Source of the DNA: Catajapyx aquilonaris
Lineage: Eukaryota
Length of the DNA: 54,178 nucleotides
Assembly (NCBI GenBank): GCA_000934665.2
Contig: JYFJ02002612.1
Location: forward strand, 1 to 54,178
Reading direction: 5' to 3'
In this document: piece after piece, positions 1 to 13,521 of the stretch
Layout of the letters: the number at the start of each line of letters is the position of its first letter
How positions within the stretch are numbered: position 1 is the first letter of the stretch
Position numbers and translations under genes: made by a program
Notes under the pieces: generated by a model
Databases searched by the model: none
What the model saw: the letters and a program-made list of their open reading frames with translations, nothing else
What the model was told of the DNA's origin: nothing

Positions 1-2709
1 ATCGGTCGCGTATGTTTCCCTGATTTTAGCCCTTCTTATTAACATTCCAATTCTAGACTCTCATTTGATTAGCAAGTCGCTTCATTTCCACCTTAATCCC
101 TCTGAGAGATCTGTTTCTATTCCAACTCGGTGCGGTTGCCAAGTCTGGCCTCCATCCTGCTCTATTCCTCACTGCCGAAGACTTGGGAGGGAACGTATAC
201 ACATGGAAAGCAACCCAGGGTGTTGACTCTCAGAGAATTCTCCAGTTTCTGAGTTTCTCCTGTCTGTACTGTTAAAAATGTTATTTTTAAGCATATATAG
301 AATGTGCTAGGATCTACCTGCAAAATAGTCTGCTAAATTCAGCTTTCCGTTACAAGATCGTAGTTTGAACTTGGAGTATCAAAAATTATGATCTGGTAAA
401 GTCTGGCTTTGGAAGTAACAACAACTTATTGTTATTATTAGACAGACTCGAGCCAAAAGTGGGGAAGTCGCTCCATTGGTGCGTGCAATGGAGTCAAGAT
501 TGCCTCGTTTATAGCGTACTTGCGAAAAAATTTAATGATGTTTGCAAACACGTAGGCAACCACTTTGAAAGTTTTTCACAACTGGATCGATCTTTTAAAT
601 AATGTTCTGCTAGCCATGTTGATCATGGCAGGATTAAAACAGGTGTAAAACTAGTGATGCACCAAACCGTGGCAATACGTCGCGTTTATGCTGTTGATTC
701 GTTAAATTTTTGACTAAGCTGGGCAAGCGTGCGATGGCTAAATAGGACTAAAAGCAAGAGTATCAGGAACACCCGGAATTGCATTGCATGTGAACTTTTA
801 ATAGGCTCATCCTGTGATTCGCCTGCCGTTAATATTTAGCTGAAAATTACACCAAGTAACACCACAAAAACAGCTTTTCATTACAAGGTGTCACATCATT
901 TGAAACATTTATATCGTCGAATAAAAGACATGAATAATGAATTTTTGTTGCCTGCTGTCGTACTTCACACATTAAGCGTACAGTAACGACAGTGACTAAT
1001 TTGGATGCTTGTTGATTTCGCAAATGTTATGTGCGTAAACCTCACATTTTGAAGTCTGATTGCAGTTTCATGAAAACTACGACCACAGCCGCCAATGCAT
1101 CACTTTTCCAGCCAGGACTTTATTAGACTGCAACTCTGCCGTAATTAGTTATTCATAACAACGACTTTTGTACTGAAACCGAAATGTCCAATACCGGTTC
1201 ACCAACCGGAACTATGCAAAAAGTGCCCTGTACATTTCCACTCTCGTAAAGGGTCAGAAACCTACGTGAAAGTATGCCCCCTATTAATTCACGTTGAACA
1301 TTGCTCCAAATCGAAACAAAACACTCTGGCTAATAAAGCGTAACTTTGAATAACTCCTTTCTGAAGCCCACCAGTCGTGTATCTGCAGAGAGTTCTGTGC
1401 TGATTCTAGTTTAGGAGGCGATTTTCATCCGAGGCCCATGCAGCGTAGATTTTCGGAGCACAAAAGGGAATTGCCGGAAGCACGAAACTAATCGTCGCGG
1501 ATGAGACCTCGTCGAGTGACATTATGTTGGGAGTACTTTTTGGACCCCCTACCGAATTAACCAGGCCACCAGTCATCTGTAAGGCAGCAGACCCGTGTAT
1601 ATATATACCCCTAGTGATATGTGCGCTTCATTATCTCTCGCCATGTTTTTTGTATTTGCATAATCAGGCCAGAAATGACTCTAGGGGACTGGCTTAACAC
1701 GAATCTATATTCTTGATCCGTCCTATGTGATATATGTAAAGTACACAATTGAATTGTCTTTTATTCCTACTAGTTAACCGGTTGCCACAACAGGTTTCCA
1801 TAACTTGGCAACTGATTGCCATGTCAACCAAGCCCTTTATCATTTTTTGCGTATAGGTATTTGTCGTTGTTTGGTAAACCCGGTTTTTCTGGTTTGCTGA
1901 CACTGTGAGTGCAATTGACGCTGCTCTTTGCACCGCCAGCAAAGACGATCCGCACTGACATGGCATTAAGTTGATCCTAGTTGCAATGAGCCTATCTGGA
2001 AAGTGGTTTGGGAGCAAAGCCGGCAGAGGCAGGGCTTTCCAACCGTGCCTCCCATTTCCTCGCTTTCAATGAAATTATAACGCGCAAGTGTTTCTGATCG
2101 AAGGGAGAGGAATGGTGAGAAATGGAGCGTGAGGAGGAAGGAGAGGCAGGAAGAAAAGGCGATTATCGAAGTCTGCCTTGATGGTCCCCCAGTATTGCCT
2201 GCAGTCAATGGCGGAGGCGGGATAATTCCCGGAACTTTTCAGGTACAGTGCCATCCAAAAGGGGGGGTTTGCGGTGCCATCTGAACTTGCGCGGATGAAT
2301 AATGCCCGTTTTGCCTATAGAGACCAAACAATGTTGAGTAACTAGAACGGCGTTGCATAATGCAGCCTCGTAAGTCTTGGTATAAAAATAAGAGGGCAGG
2401 TACAGTACAAATTAGAGCCTAAATATTTTACCGGTGTCCTACGCTACAACAGTAGAAACGGAAGCATTTGCGACAACTGGTGTAAAAATAGTGCCACAAG
2501 GGATTTTGTTTGCTCCCAGGGTGTTTGCTGTCCGAATTATTCATTGCGGAGTCGTGCTAACCCTGTTATTCTCTGGTGTTGCTATACAGTGTGAGTGCCT
2601 AGTGTAAAGCCCACCGCCGCTATGTACCTTTGGGCAGATGTGCGGGAATGTGTTTTAATTAACTTTCCGAATCGATTGATTCTGCCCGATAAGAGAGGTT
2701 TTGGTCTCC

Positions 2710-2717
2710 TATATAAA
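2710..2717 (+). promoter_or_regulatory. Candidate TATA box of the Dscam promoter
   Basis: CTATATAAAA about 530 nt upstream of the leader ATG, followed by a CpG-rich stretch that could be 5' UTR. Motif match only. Confidence 0.35.
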
Positions 2718-3240
2718 AAAGAGTGCGCAGACAGGTGCAAAAGGAGTTTCTATGTCCAAGGTTCTATATCCCGCGCGGGAGGGTTTCGATTCATGCGTAG
2801 TAGCTAGCGCAGGGCATAGAGGTTCGAGGACCAGAACAGCCGGCTCTCTAGTCTGCGCTGTGCCCTTGCAGGCGCCGGATGTTCCCCCGGAATCATCAGA
2901 AGACATTCAGCCACATAACAGTGCATGTCCAGGCTGTCCAATGTGATTGACGCCAGACGTGTCATCTGTCGGACATGTCCGCACACCAACGTGTGATGGA
3001 ACAGTGCGAGTGTACGTGAGTGTGTGTCGGAACTGGGTTCACAAAAGAAAATGACGGGGGTTTGGGACACCACCATCCATGCGCTTCCATGTAGTTTGGA
3101 ACAGTTGGGGAACCTAGTCACATGAAGTTGTAAGGCAAACTTTGGCGACACCAGAACCTTGCTGGGTTTTAACACTTCCCCAACCGCGGCCGAAGACATG
3201 GAGATTTTAGGGTGTTAATCTGCGCTGCTGGCATACCAAG

Positions 3241-3286
3241 ATGCGAGACGTCTTATACATCCTGCTTCTGTTGCTGCACGGCCAAG
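3241..3286 (+). CDS. Dscam: Dscam exon 1: signal peptide MRDVLYILLLLLHGQ(G)
   Basis: AAGATG start, hydrophobic leader, consensus donor AAG|GTGAGT in phase 1 matching the phase-1 acceptor of the Ig1 exon (joins as ...HGQGDAYVSESQGP). Not in the ORF track. Confidence 0.8.
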
Positions 3287-5700
3287 GTGAGTGTCACGGA
3301 AATGTAACAATTGCATGTGGCAATGGCCGAGGGCAGCTGTTGCTACCTGTTGAATTCTTTGCCGGTTTTTTTACGCTATGACAAGATTCACTGGCGCGAA
3401 TGTGTACGTTTTTTGAACAGCGTGGCACATTTTATGTACACGGCTGTAAATTGTTCTCAAGGCGATGTCGCTTTCGGTGTGTCACCTGCAATGGTGTTGA
3501 TCGTTGGCAAATATTGCGTGAGGTAGATCGCCTTTCAAGTCGTGTTGACGCTTTTAGGTTACAGTGTCGGAAGAGTCTGATTTTGACGTCTGGAATGATA
3601 CCGTTTCAAGCGACACTGGTTTAATATAAATTCGCGTATGGCTTTTATTATGACTGCTAATTAACTCTTCTGCGAGGAGCACCTCGATAACGAGTTTAAT
3701 TTTTGCACATTTTCGGCAATAATTGCAATTGCTAATGAGGTTCATAATATAGGCCTATTAGCTAAACGACTCTATGATGTTAATGAATTTGTAATTAGTC
3801 AACACCACGCACATAAATTCAGGTATATTTTATCACATAAACGGTAATATTGTCCTTGCCATATAACTGCACACAGTATCATATGACTTGTATGCAATAT
3901 ACTGTATATACTTTTAATTAAATTTGAACGTCAGCAACTCATTTGCCTGAGCAAGCGTGACGTGTAAACTGTAGTCCTAATGCATACATAGGTCACGCTA
4001 AATTAGCAACAATATAAAGTTGTCACTCTAAAAAATAAGCTGCACTTTCATTAGCAATTCTAAAAATTATTTAAAAAAATGCAAGCACTGTTTGCACTGT
4101 TAACCTGCAGACTATTTTACACTGTTTTCTTTAGGAAACCGATTTCATGGGAACACTAGCAAGGCGTATGCTTCAGGCAGGCATAAAGCTTTTAATATAT
4201 TTTTCAGACGAAAAAATAACATTCCAGTTCGGTATTTGGAGGCTTTGCGAGAAGCCGTGAAGAGCATCTTTATTTCCCCTTGTACTTTCTCCTTTTACGG
4301 CAGCCGTAAAAGTTGCTTTCAATTCTCAGGAGCCAAAGAACACGTTTGCACAGCAGACCTTCTCTTGTGCATAAAATGATGTAGGGGTGCGCCACTCTGG
4401 AGGATTCTTCTTAGTGGAACCCTCAATGCGTAAAGTTATGCCTGCACTAAAAATGGGTCCCGAAATTTATGTACCCAGCCTCGAAACGCAATAAAAAATA
4501 GCTGGGAGAGGCCTATGTACACACTTCTTTTTGATCGTTACATTATAGCACACTTCATCAGGTCGATGAAGCTGTACATGTTTTTTCTAGCAATGTTGTA
4601 AATATTTGAGTTGAAGAGAAATCCATTTTTTGGTTTTTCCTCTATAACGACCACTTCAGTTGGATACTCCAAAGTGTTCCAAAATAAATTTAACATCAAA
4701 CGGGTGCTGAAGGAAGAATTCTCTAAAACCCCTTGCAAGCACTGAAACACGTAGAAAGCAGCATGCGTTTAATTTTGAAACTATGTGTGAGTGGAACGTA
4801 ATTTAGACTTTCAAGGCTGGCCCCTCCCCCGCGTATATAGTTCACAAAGAGATCTAAAGTTGAAGGCAAGCCCGAATCCTCGCCCGAAATCACGATTGGA
4901 TGATGTAGCGATATTGGATGACGATCCGACTCCCGGAGTTAAACCTCGCGGAAACTGGCATTCGTTACATTCAGCAGTTGTCTGCTCAATCCTCCGGCAT
5001 GAATTCATAATACACTACTCCAACAGCCGAGCAATTTTGTACCAGGCACACGCAGATTTTCCTTCCAGCCATTTTGATGAATTGAGGCATGGTTTTACTG
5101 CAATTTTTGGGCCAGGATGTACAGGGTGAGTCAGAACGATATGGCCCAAGCGCAACCACCCGCTGAAGAAATGAGGAAAGGCAACATTGGTGTTTTTGGG
5201 AACCTAAAGATATGTCCGTCACGGAAATCTTAGATTGTCCCTTAATGAATCACGAATCGCCGCTTCTGCGCTGCCTCATTTGGCCTAATGACAGCAGCGC
5301 TAGTCTTGTCAAATGGAAGAGAGTTGGCGTGGAAAATGAGGTCGGGTGGTAGGATTAATAGGCAGGCTAAGGCCCCTTTTCCTTTTAGGATGCTGGGACG
5401 GTAAAGACGCCCCGCTGAACTCGAGGCCTCCCTCAGGGCTTTGAGGATTCGCAGCCGCACTCTTCCTCTTTCCAAGACTTTCTAATGGGGAACCATTAAC
5501 AGAGTGCCGGCCTGGGCCTCAGCTTACAGGGAGCGGAGAAGAGCAGGCTCTTCTCTCCCGTCTCCCGTAAGAAAGTGTAAGGGATTTGGATTCGGCGGCT
5601 ATGTCTGACATCACTGTCGTCTTAGCCAGCTTTTCCGGAGCAGGCCCATTTGAACCAGGCATACCATCATAAAAAATAATTATGTAATTCCAACCCTATC

Positions 5701-5790
5701 TGCGCGGTTTGAATGCGCAACTGGCCTATATGCGCAGATCACACGCGCAGATGGATTAGATGCGCAGTTTACATGCGCTCGCGACTGAAT
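5701..5790. repeat. Degenerate 30-bp tandem repeat (3 units) built from TGCGCA-like cores
   Basis: tgcgcggtttgaatgcgcaactggcctata / tgcgcagatcacacgcgcagatggattaga / tgcgcagtttacatgcgctcgcgactgaat; the GCGC cores alternate at 13 and 17 nt spacing. Confidence 0.6.
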
Positions 5791-8700
5791 GTGATTTTAC
5801 GAGGGCTTTTCTAGCAGTAACACCCCACACATGCGGTGTTTCTCAGTAAATCCAGACTGCGTGATGTGGCGAGTGTATTGTTTGCCCTAGTGGGAAAGTT
5901 TGTCGACGGCTCAGTCTGTCTCAATTGGAGGGAAGCCTTGGTGGGACGCGGGCCTAATCTTGTGCAGACAAGAGAGCCTTTGGATGTGCCCCCCCCCCCC
6001 CCNCCCCCCCCCCCCATCTTCTCCTGGCCGAGTAGGGGAGCTTGGGATATATTACCATGCAGAGGCGTGGCCCTCTTCTTGGTCTGGAATTACGCTCGCC
6101 CTCTCTCTACTTCACTAACAGGAGTGAGCATCTAAATTCTCTCCCTCGCTCACCTCTTCCCCAAATTGCTTCATTCCACTTCAGTTGGCCCTGCAATGCG
6201 CCCAGCTCTTTAGGAGTCTTTCAAGAGCCATCACCATTTCATAAGAGTGAGACAATCCGACCAGCTTGGGAAAGGGGAAGAAAAAAGATCAGGCTTTTTT
6301 CGATTTTTTGGCGAATATTCTGCATTTTTGTAGGATGGGATGACAGCTTGATGCAAATTTTAAATTTAATAAAATTAATAAATGTGTTGGATATTATCTA
6401 TGTGTGTGAGGAAATTCGTGCAATACTGGTCGCCTCTGTTTATGCAAAAAAAACACAAATTGTCACCATTCAGAATTATTATACCAATGTTTCAAATTAT
6501 ATTCAAAATGTCAGCATGATGTCCCTGCTTAATTTTGCAAATATTTGTCACCTGACATGCGCTGTAAATATTTTTTTGCATAAAAGATGGTAGAGTTATA
6601 GCCATTAGGGGACATACTCGGCAGTTACAGTTACGATGTGCTAATGAGAAGATGAACGCAAATTAGCATCTGTTGGATAATTATCTCTAATGACGCATAC
6701 GTAATTAGCAAAGGAGTAAGTAGCAAGAGTTAATATGCAAGTTCTTGCGAATAGTCACACCTGAAACAACATGCCTGCCATCGCTCGGTCTTTATAATGG
6801 CACTTGAGTAAGGAAGAAAACGCTATATAAACATTCATTACCAGCTTCATTATAACTGTCTCGGTACCCGTTTATAGCTTGATATACACAGAATTTTTCA
6901 TGCATGTTGAAGCACATGGCAGACGCACGCATGCCATGACCAGATTTTAAGTCTTACTCTTTTTGAGCTGGCCAATTTACCAGGCGTGAACTGAGATCAC
7001 TTTCGCGGAAGGTTATACCCATACATCTGGTTTTTGGAAAGTTTTGCGCACCTAATTAGGCCTACGGTACTAGGCAGGGGGAGGGAAAGGAGACCTATAA
7101 TTTGCACCAAATTGCACGGAGCACTTCAACTTTCCTCTTAAATTGAGGCCTGATCCTCGCCATTTTGCTTAATATTTGCCTCATGAAAGATCAGTTAATT
7201 ACAACGGCGGAGGAAACTGGCGGATTAATTTGGGGCAGAACTGCAGCAGATTGCCTTAAAATACATTGCTAATATTCTCGTTCCCGGGAACGCTTACGAA
7301 ATACACGTTCATAACTAATGCTGCGACCTTATCGCCTTACCTAAAGCTGGAGCTAATTTTAAAATACGATTCGCAATATTTCCAAAAAAAAACAGAGGCC
7401 GGGAGAAAAATGGGCGAGCCAGCCAGGAACAAATGGAGCCCAACTACTACGTCACATTTTATACCAAATGAAATATGTGATTTCATTCATTTTAATGGTG
7501 TTATTTTACGTAAATTTGCATGTTTAAACTTGGCTGCCAATGTCAATGATTAACGGTTAAAATGTAAGCGGGCAGACTGTGCAATGTTCCCATAATTAAA
7601 TTTCCATCAGGATTGGATGTTGGCCAAATTGATCTCGGCGTGTTCTGTTACTCGATTCAAGTCCAATAGTCCAACCAAAAACGTGGGTTTGAAAAGCCCT
7701 TTTGTTCTTGTAACAGGAAGTCCTCTCGATAACAAAATATCGGTCGGGTGATTAATCGTTCGACGATACATTCTATCACTATCTGATTGCTTAATCTCCC
7801 CCCACCCATTGCACCAACCTGCAGAGCATTCTCCTCTGCAGAAGATTACAGAACCTCCACACACTAGTCCCAAATCTTTGTGGGAAAAGGACCAGGTGGC
7901 CAGAATTTGCTCGTAACGAGATTAAACGCGGAAAAACGCGCCAAAGCAAATTAAAGAATCAGATTTTTTTTTTTTTGAGGATGTTACTAGTGATGGCGTC
8001 AGTACAGAGGTATCGAGCGTCCTACTTTTTTGTCCACCGTCCGAGAATAGCTACCCAAATTTTTGGAGAGCTTTTGAATGATCAACAACAAGGGGCTTGG
8101 ACGCTCCATTGACTTGGCGGAAGCGCAGCACTGAACTACCCAGCCGATAGCGCCCTGAATTTGGAGCTTAAAACATGTCCAGGAGAGAACCCAGTTAATA
8201 AAAATAAATACAATATTTAGTATGTCACATAAGTGTTTTTTTTTTGCGGACAATCACGCATACAATCACGCTTGCTTTATGCGTACCGCGGTGTCTCCCA
8301 AGATGGCGACGAGACGGCTACTTACGTATTTGAACTGCTGAGGAAATTTCATCGCCTCTTTATCCTAATTGCGGCAAGTAGATGTTGGAATGGAAACAGG
8401 GAAAGGGCGTTTCCGAGGGGTCTCATTTCGGACAGATGGCTGCATCACGCGTGCGGTGCGGCCGAATCCGTAAGGTCTTTGTGGCTTTCGTGTGACACAG
8501 TATGACAAGCACCATTAGGCCTCATAAATCCTCGCCGGCCTCTCACAACTCGCTTGCCACCCGGATTAGAGATGCTTAGGGAATGGACACGAAAAGTGCA
8601 GCATTCATAATAAACCTGACAGTGGAAAGGCTTGAACGTCTCCATTGCTAGCAGATTGGAGAGTCCAACAGTACACACACTCAACCATGCAGATGGGTTT

Positions 8701-11700
8701 AAACTGGGAGATATGATGATCCCAAAGGATGTGTCCTAGATACGTCCCATAAAATCAAATAATTAGGCTCCTCCTTCTCGTGGGTCCTAAAATATAAAAT
8801 AAATTTTAAACACAAGCCAGCACAGGTTAATATAATGTAATTAGATTAACGAATGACCATGGGGCCTTTTTGAACAATTCCACGGGAATTCTGTGATTAA
8901 ATATTTGTATATTTTAAACAACAATGGCGGCTGACAAAGGGGCGTAATTATGTTATTATTAAAGTCCGGTGCAGCGGGCAAGATACACCGCGTTATAATT
9001 TCCATATTTTCATTACCGCCTCAAAAAGTACTCGACTTCCAATAATAATGAACAAGGTAGTTTCCGCCTCCCTCCTTTTGTTTACTAATTCTGAGAGCAA
9101 ATTTTGATTGGCAGGCAAAGTATCTCCTTTTTTAGCAATATCGCAACTGGCAACTTTGAACTCATGCAAGCTAACGAACGAGCTGTGCCTGCTACTATGG
9201 CCGAATATAATTAATTCACTAGGGACATTCTTAGCATCACTATGGCGTTATTATTAAAAACACTAGACCGCCACCAAGCTTATTTCTCAGCCCCCGATCG
9301 ATTCGCTTCTTCTTCTTTTTTTGGTGGGAAAAGGCACTAAGCAACTTTACATTTTCCCCTTTTATGCACACTATTTCCATAGTCGTCTGGGGCAAAGACC
9401 TGCAGAATCGACAGCTGTAGCAAACTCACGCGCCTAAATGCCGCAATATTTCACCTTATAGCATGTTTTATGCCGCCATTAAATTTGTCTGAGACTATCC
9501 CTAGTCTCCGCAGAAGTGCCTTCTGCCTTATCTGCAGGATCCAAATTTGTGATTGAATTGCTTCTCTCACGACCTTACGAATTTGTTGCGAATTTTCGCA
9601 GACACGTTTAACCCGAATTGAATTTCGATATTTTTTTACGTTATGTCACGTTATGTTTTTTATATATTTTTTGTGGGAACATGCTGGCCACAAAATATGA
9701 TGGAGCGGTCGTCCTCTCCTGTCTGCAACTGGCTATTCAAGTCGCACCATCTGCACAATGTATGGACCCAAGCCGTCAACGAAATGGATTGTATGTGCTG
9801 CCGTTTGTTGTGATTTATAACTGTCGATTCCAACCCGGTGCTCCCTTCAAATTTATCGAAATTATATATCTGTCGATATAGGGAACGCACAAAAAAAAAC
9901 ACAATGATGCATGTAAACTACTTGCACTTGTTGCCTCGGTTCACGCTCGATATGGACGGATTCCAGCGTAATTTTCCGGACCAATTGCAGCATATTACCA
10001 AGATGCTACATGCGCATTGCATCATGATGTCAGAGTTATTGAAAACCGAAAAAGCAAGCACCGTTGGAATTTAAGGGAGAATATTTGCCAAGTAACTTGC
10101 GGGTTGTGACCGCACAAAAGGGGGGCAAATGAAACCGCACTTTTGTGGTCCATAACCACCTGATGCAAATACATGCAACACTTCTACCTTAATCTGCGAG
10201 TCCCACCACAGCAGGGGGCGGGGGATTTCAAAGTGATAGCCGAGGCGCGGTTTCTGTAAGCCCGGACTCAAATATTTACAATACACTTCGGGCCTGGTTT
10301 GAGTTACGATCGGGTAGCAAAAAAAAACATTTGTCGCACCCATTCCTGTGGGGGGACAACATTGCTCGAAAAATAAAATGTTGCGTTTTGTCGCAGGAAT
10401 GTTTCAAAGGATCGTGCAGTAGCCTAATATTAAACAAAAATGTAACGAACTCTGTAAAATATAATTTGCAATTTTCATGAAAATGTGGAAAAATATTTGT
10501 GGCCATTTGAAAAATTTGCAATATTTCCAGATTCGTTAAAATTAAAGACATTCTTCGTCAAAGTTGACTTGCATCACAAATTATTGTGCAACAGAGCATT
10601 TCTTGCCCTTATGCGAGAGGTTCTAGGGAGTACTCAAAATGTCTCCACAAACTAACCGAAAGCCACCTTTTGAGCAATTTTATTTGAGATGGCAGCCATG
10701 CAAAGAAGAGCAAGTTAATCACGGTCGGATGCGTATGCGAAGAGCTGTACTTGTAGAGAAACTCAAAGCGTTGTTAGATACAAAGTGGATAGAGTGACTT
10801 GACGATTTTTGCTCCAAAATGAAGGTTCGACTGGATGGGAGAAAAGCCTCATTGGATCCAAAGGGCGTGTAAGGAAGTTTTTCAATAAGCTTTCAGTTTG
10901 TTCCGCTGCAGTTGCTGTACTTACAACCCATTGGAATGCCGTTGCTTCCGCCCTTTTGATCTAATTTATGCTGGCTTCCCCAGGCAGCCGGATTCAAATT
11001 TAATCATGTTGACAGTCAACAGTCCTTCTTGATTCCGTGGGGCCTATAATCTAGATTCTAGAGGAAAAAAGCAAAAAAGGGCGGGGGGTAAAATTGCCGA
11101 TTCAGTCTTATTTGGCGAGAGTTTTTCTCTCTAGGAGAGTCCACGGAAACCTATAAATAATTGCGTTCCTTATTGGCGTCTGGAGGAAATCAATTTTATT
11201 TGCGGAGCAGCACCCTCGCATCCCGCCCCCCCAACCACCCCAAACGCGATTGTCGCAACAAATCTGCTTCCAAGAGCTTGCACGACCGAATCTGGATCGA
11301 CACTGTCGAAAGCCATTTTTATTTGCTGGGAGATACGACAAGCACGGCAATACAATGCTGCATTAAAAGAGCAACAGTTCACAAGTCGAGCAAAAAGGCC
11401 AATCTTTGCGATCCAGCAGTGTTGCCGTGTGTGTCTAAGGGACATGTTTTGGACCAGTCCCATGGAACTCCTACCCCAGCCTTATGCAGATCCCTTGTGA
11501 GCAACTACAGGTGACAGCGATAAGATGTGGAGTTTCCACTTACCAGACCTGCATAAGACCGTGTTTTCGAACCAATCTTGCTGCAGTTATGACTCACCCT
11601 GTCGCAAATTAATCCGTGCCTCGATATTACAGCAATACCGCACATTTCGCAACTTCGGAGCAGAGGCACATTCCGTGCCTGTTTACAAAGGCATATCTCA

Positions 11701-13017
11701 GGCAGATGGTATTAATGACCCTATTGTGAGGTAGTCAAAGATGGTACTGTACGTGAAGTGAATGGTTTTCTATAGACCCCCTGTATATTTCATGGAGGTT
11801 TCCATGGTGATTCTCTAGTCTGAGGGAGAGAGTTTGCAGGCGTGTCTGCCTCTCTGATCGTTTATAACAATATCAGAGGGCCATTTCTGGCGGTATTACC
11901 CCGGTCTCCCACCTCCAAAAAAAAGAGGGCCTGTGACTCGCGTAGGGGAGACCCAAGATACTGCGTATGAAAGTTTTACGCACTGTAGAGTATTACCTGG
12001 AATGGCCGAAAGAGTAACTCTTTATAGCTGAGGTTGGTTTTATACTTGCTGAAAGGAAGGTTTATAAACACATGTCAAAATGGGTTTGTGGATAACTATT
12101 AATATTACGCGTACTATTGTAATTTCCTGGGGCTTGTGTGTTGTGTGTAGGCTATATATTATAAAGGTTTCCTGCATTTTTATTGCTTTCCTCTGTGATG
12201 GAGAATCAGTGCCATGAATGTGTTTGCTGGCATAAAATTATACAGTACGTTAATGTGTATTTTGCGTTGCGTGCATTAGTTGAAGTAAAAATACTGTTAA
12301 TGCTATTATGCTGTTTTCGACAGGAGGCTAATTTGTCGCCGGACAAATACGGCCTATGTCATTAGTATGGCCACTTGAACATGCCAGTGTTGTACTAACT
12401 GAACTTTACTAATTCTACTGTATAAACATAATTTAGCGTACTTTTTATGGTTATGAAACCATAGAATGCATGAGCACAGAATCTCAGTTGTTGTTATGAA
12501 ATTAACGTTGAAATGAATCAGTGACGAATTGTGCTGAAATTTGTGGTATAATAGATGTAAAAAATATTATCTTGTCCATTTCAGGCAACAATTGTGATTA
12601 ATGATTTATTCTAAGAGCAAAAACTATGTACTGCAATAGTGGTCTAGTGAGAAAATTCTATAGTTGCAGTTTGAATTTGGCATGATCATTAAGCGACGTA
12701 TAAACGCTTCAGTATGAAATTAATCTAATCAGTATTGAGAGACTTCACTGCAATTATCCCCTCGAATTATTGTAATAAAGCGGTCACACCTATGGTGCTT
12801 TAGCTCCTGTAATTAAGCTAAATACGCAGTCTTCCTATTTAGATTGATTAAAATAATTGAAACATTGGCCATTACCAACCGCACCAACACAATTCCCCGT
12901 AAAAGGGACAGTCATGAATGAGACGCCAGTTAATTTCATACAAGCTATTAATAAACACACACTAATTACACAGTAATTGATCGTTAACAAAATGACGAGT
13001 AACAAGCGTAATTAAAG

Positions 13018-13019
<2 letters not shown>

Positions 13020-13083
<64 letters not shown>
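13020..13083. repeat. (AAT)n microsatellite, about 21 units
   Basis: Perfect AAT run about 120 nt upstream of the exon 2 acceptor. Confidence 0.97.
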
Positions 13084-13203
13084 GGTGACCTAACTTTATT
13101 TATGCTCAATTATGTACTGTACTTCTCATTCATTAATTATTATGCCATAAGCTAACGATAGACATAGTAATGACGTCTTGCCTGTGCATGGTGACACTTC
13201 CAG

Positions 13204-13521
13204 GCGACGCATACGTGTCGGAGAGCCAGGGTCCAAAGTTCACGGTGGAGCCTCCGTCCTCCGTGACCTTTTCCAACACTACGGGCACCCGTCTGGACTG
13301 CGCAGCCCAGGGCAGCCCGGCCCCTCGAGTGGAATGGCACTTCATGGACGGGTCACAAGTCACCCCAACCCCTGGCCTCCTGCTCCTAGAGAAGCATAGT
13401 CTGGTCTACCCTCCTTTCCACGGAGACAACTATCGCCAGGAGATTCACGCAGCCACTTTCAGATGCGTTGCGTCCAATAGCGTCGGGACCATTTTCAGCA
13501 CCGAAGTGCAAGTCAGAGCAG
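13204..13521 (+). CDS. Dscam: Dscam exon 2: Ig1
   Basis: ttccag| ... CAG|GTGAGT. Encodes QGPKFTVEPPSSVTFSNTTGTRLDCAAQGSPAPRVEW...LVYPPFHGDNYRQEIHAATFRCVASNSVGTIFSTEVQVRA, the diagnostic Dscam Ig1 motifs. Confidence 0.97.

Noticed and set aside
4986..5040. Minus-strand GVVYYEFMPE resembling a mariner transposase motif
   Set aside because: Only about 10 aa, followed by a stop, with no other transposase motifs seen.
13170..13203. In-frame ATG extension (MTSCLCMVTLP) of the Ig1 ORF
   Set aside because: It is intronic sequence before a valid acceptor; exon 1 supplies a better signal peptide in matching phase.
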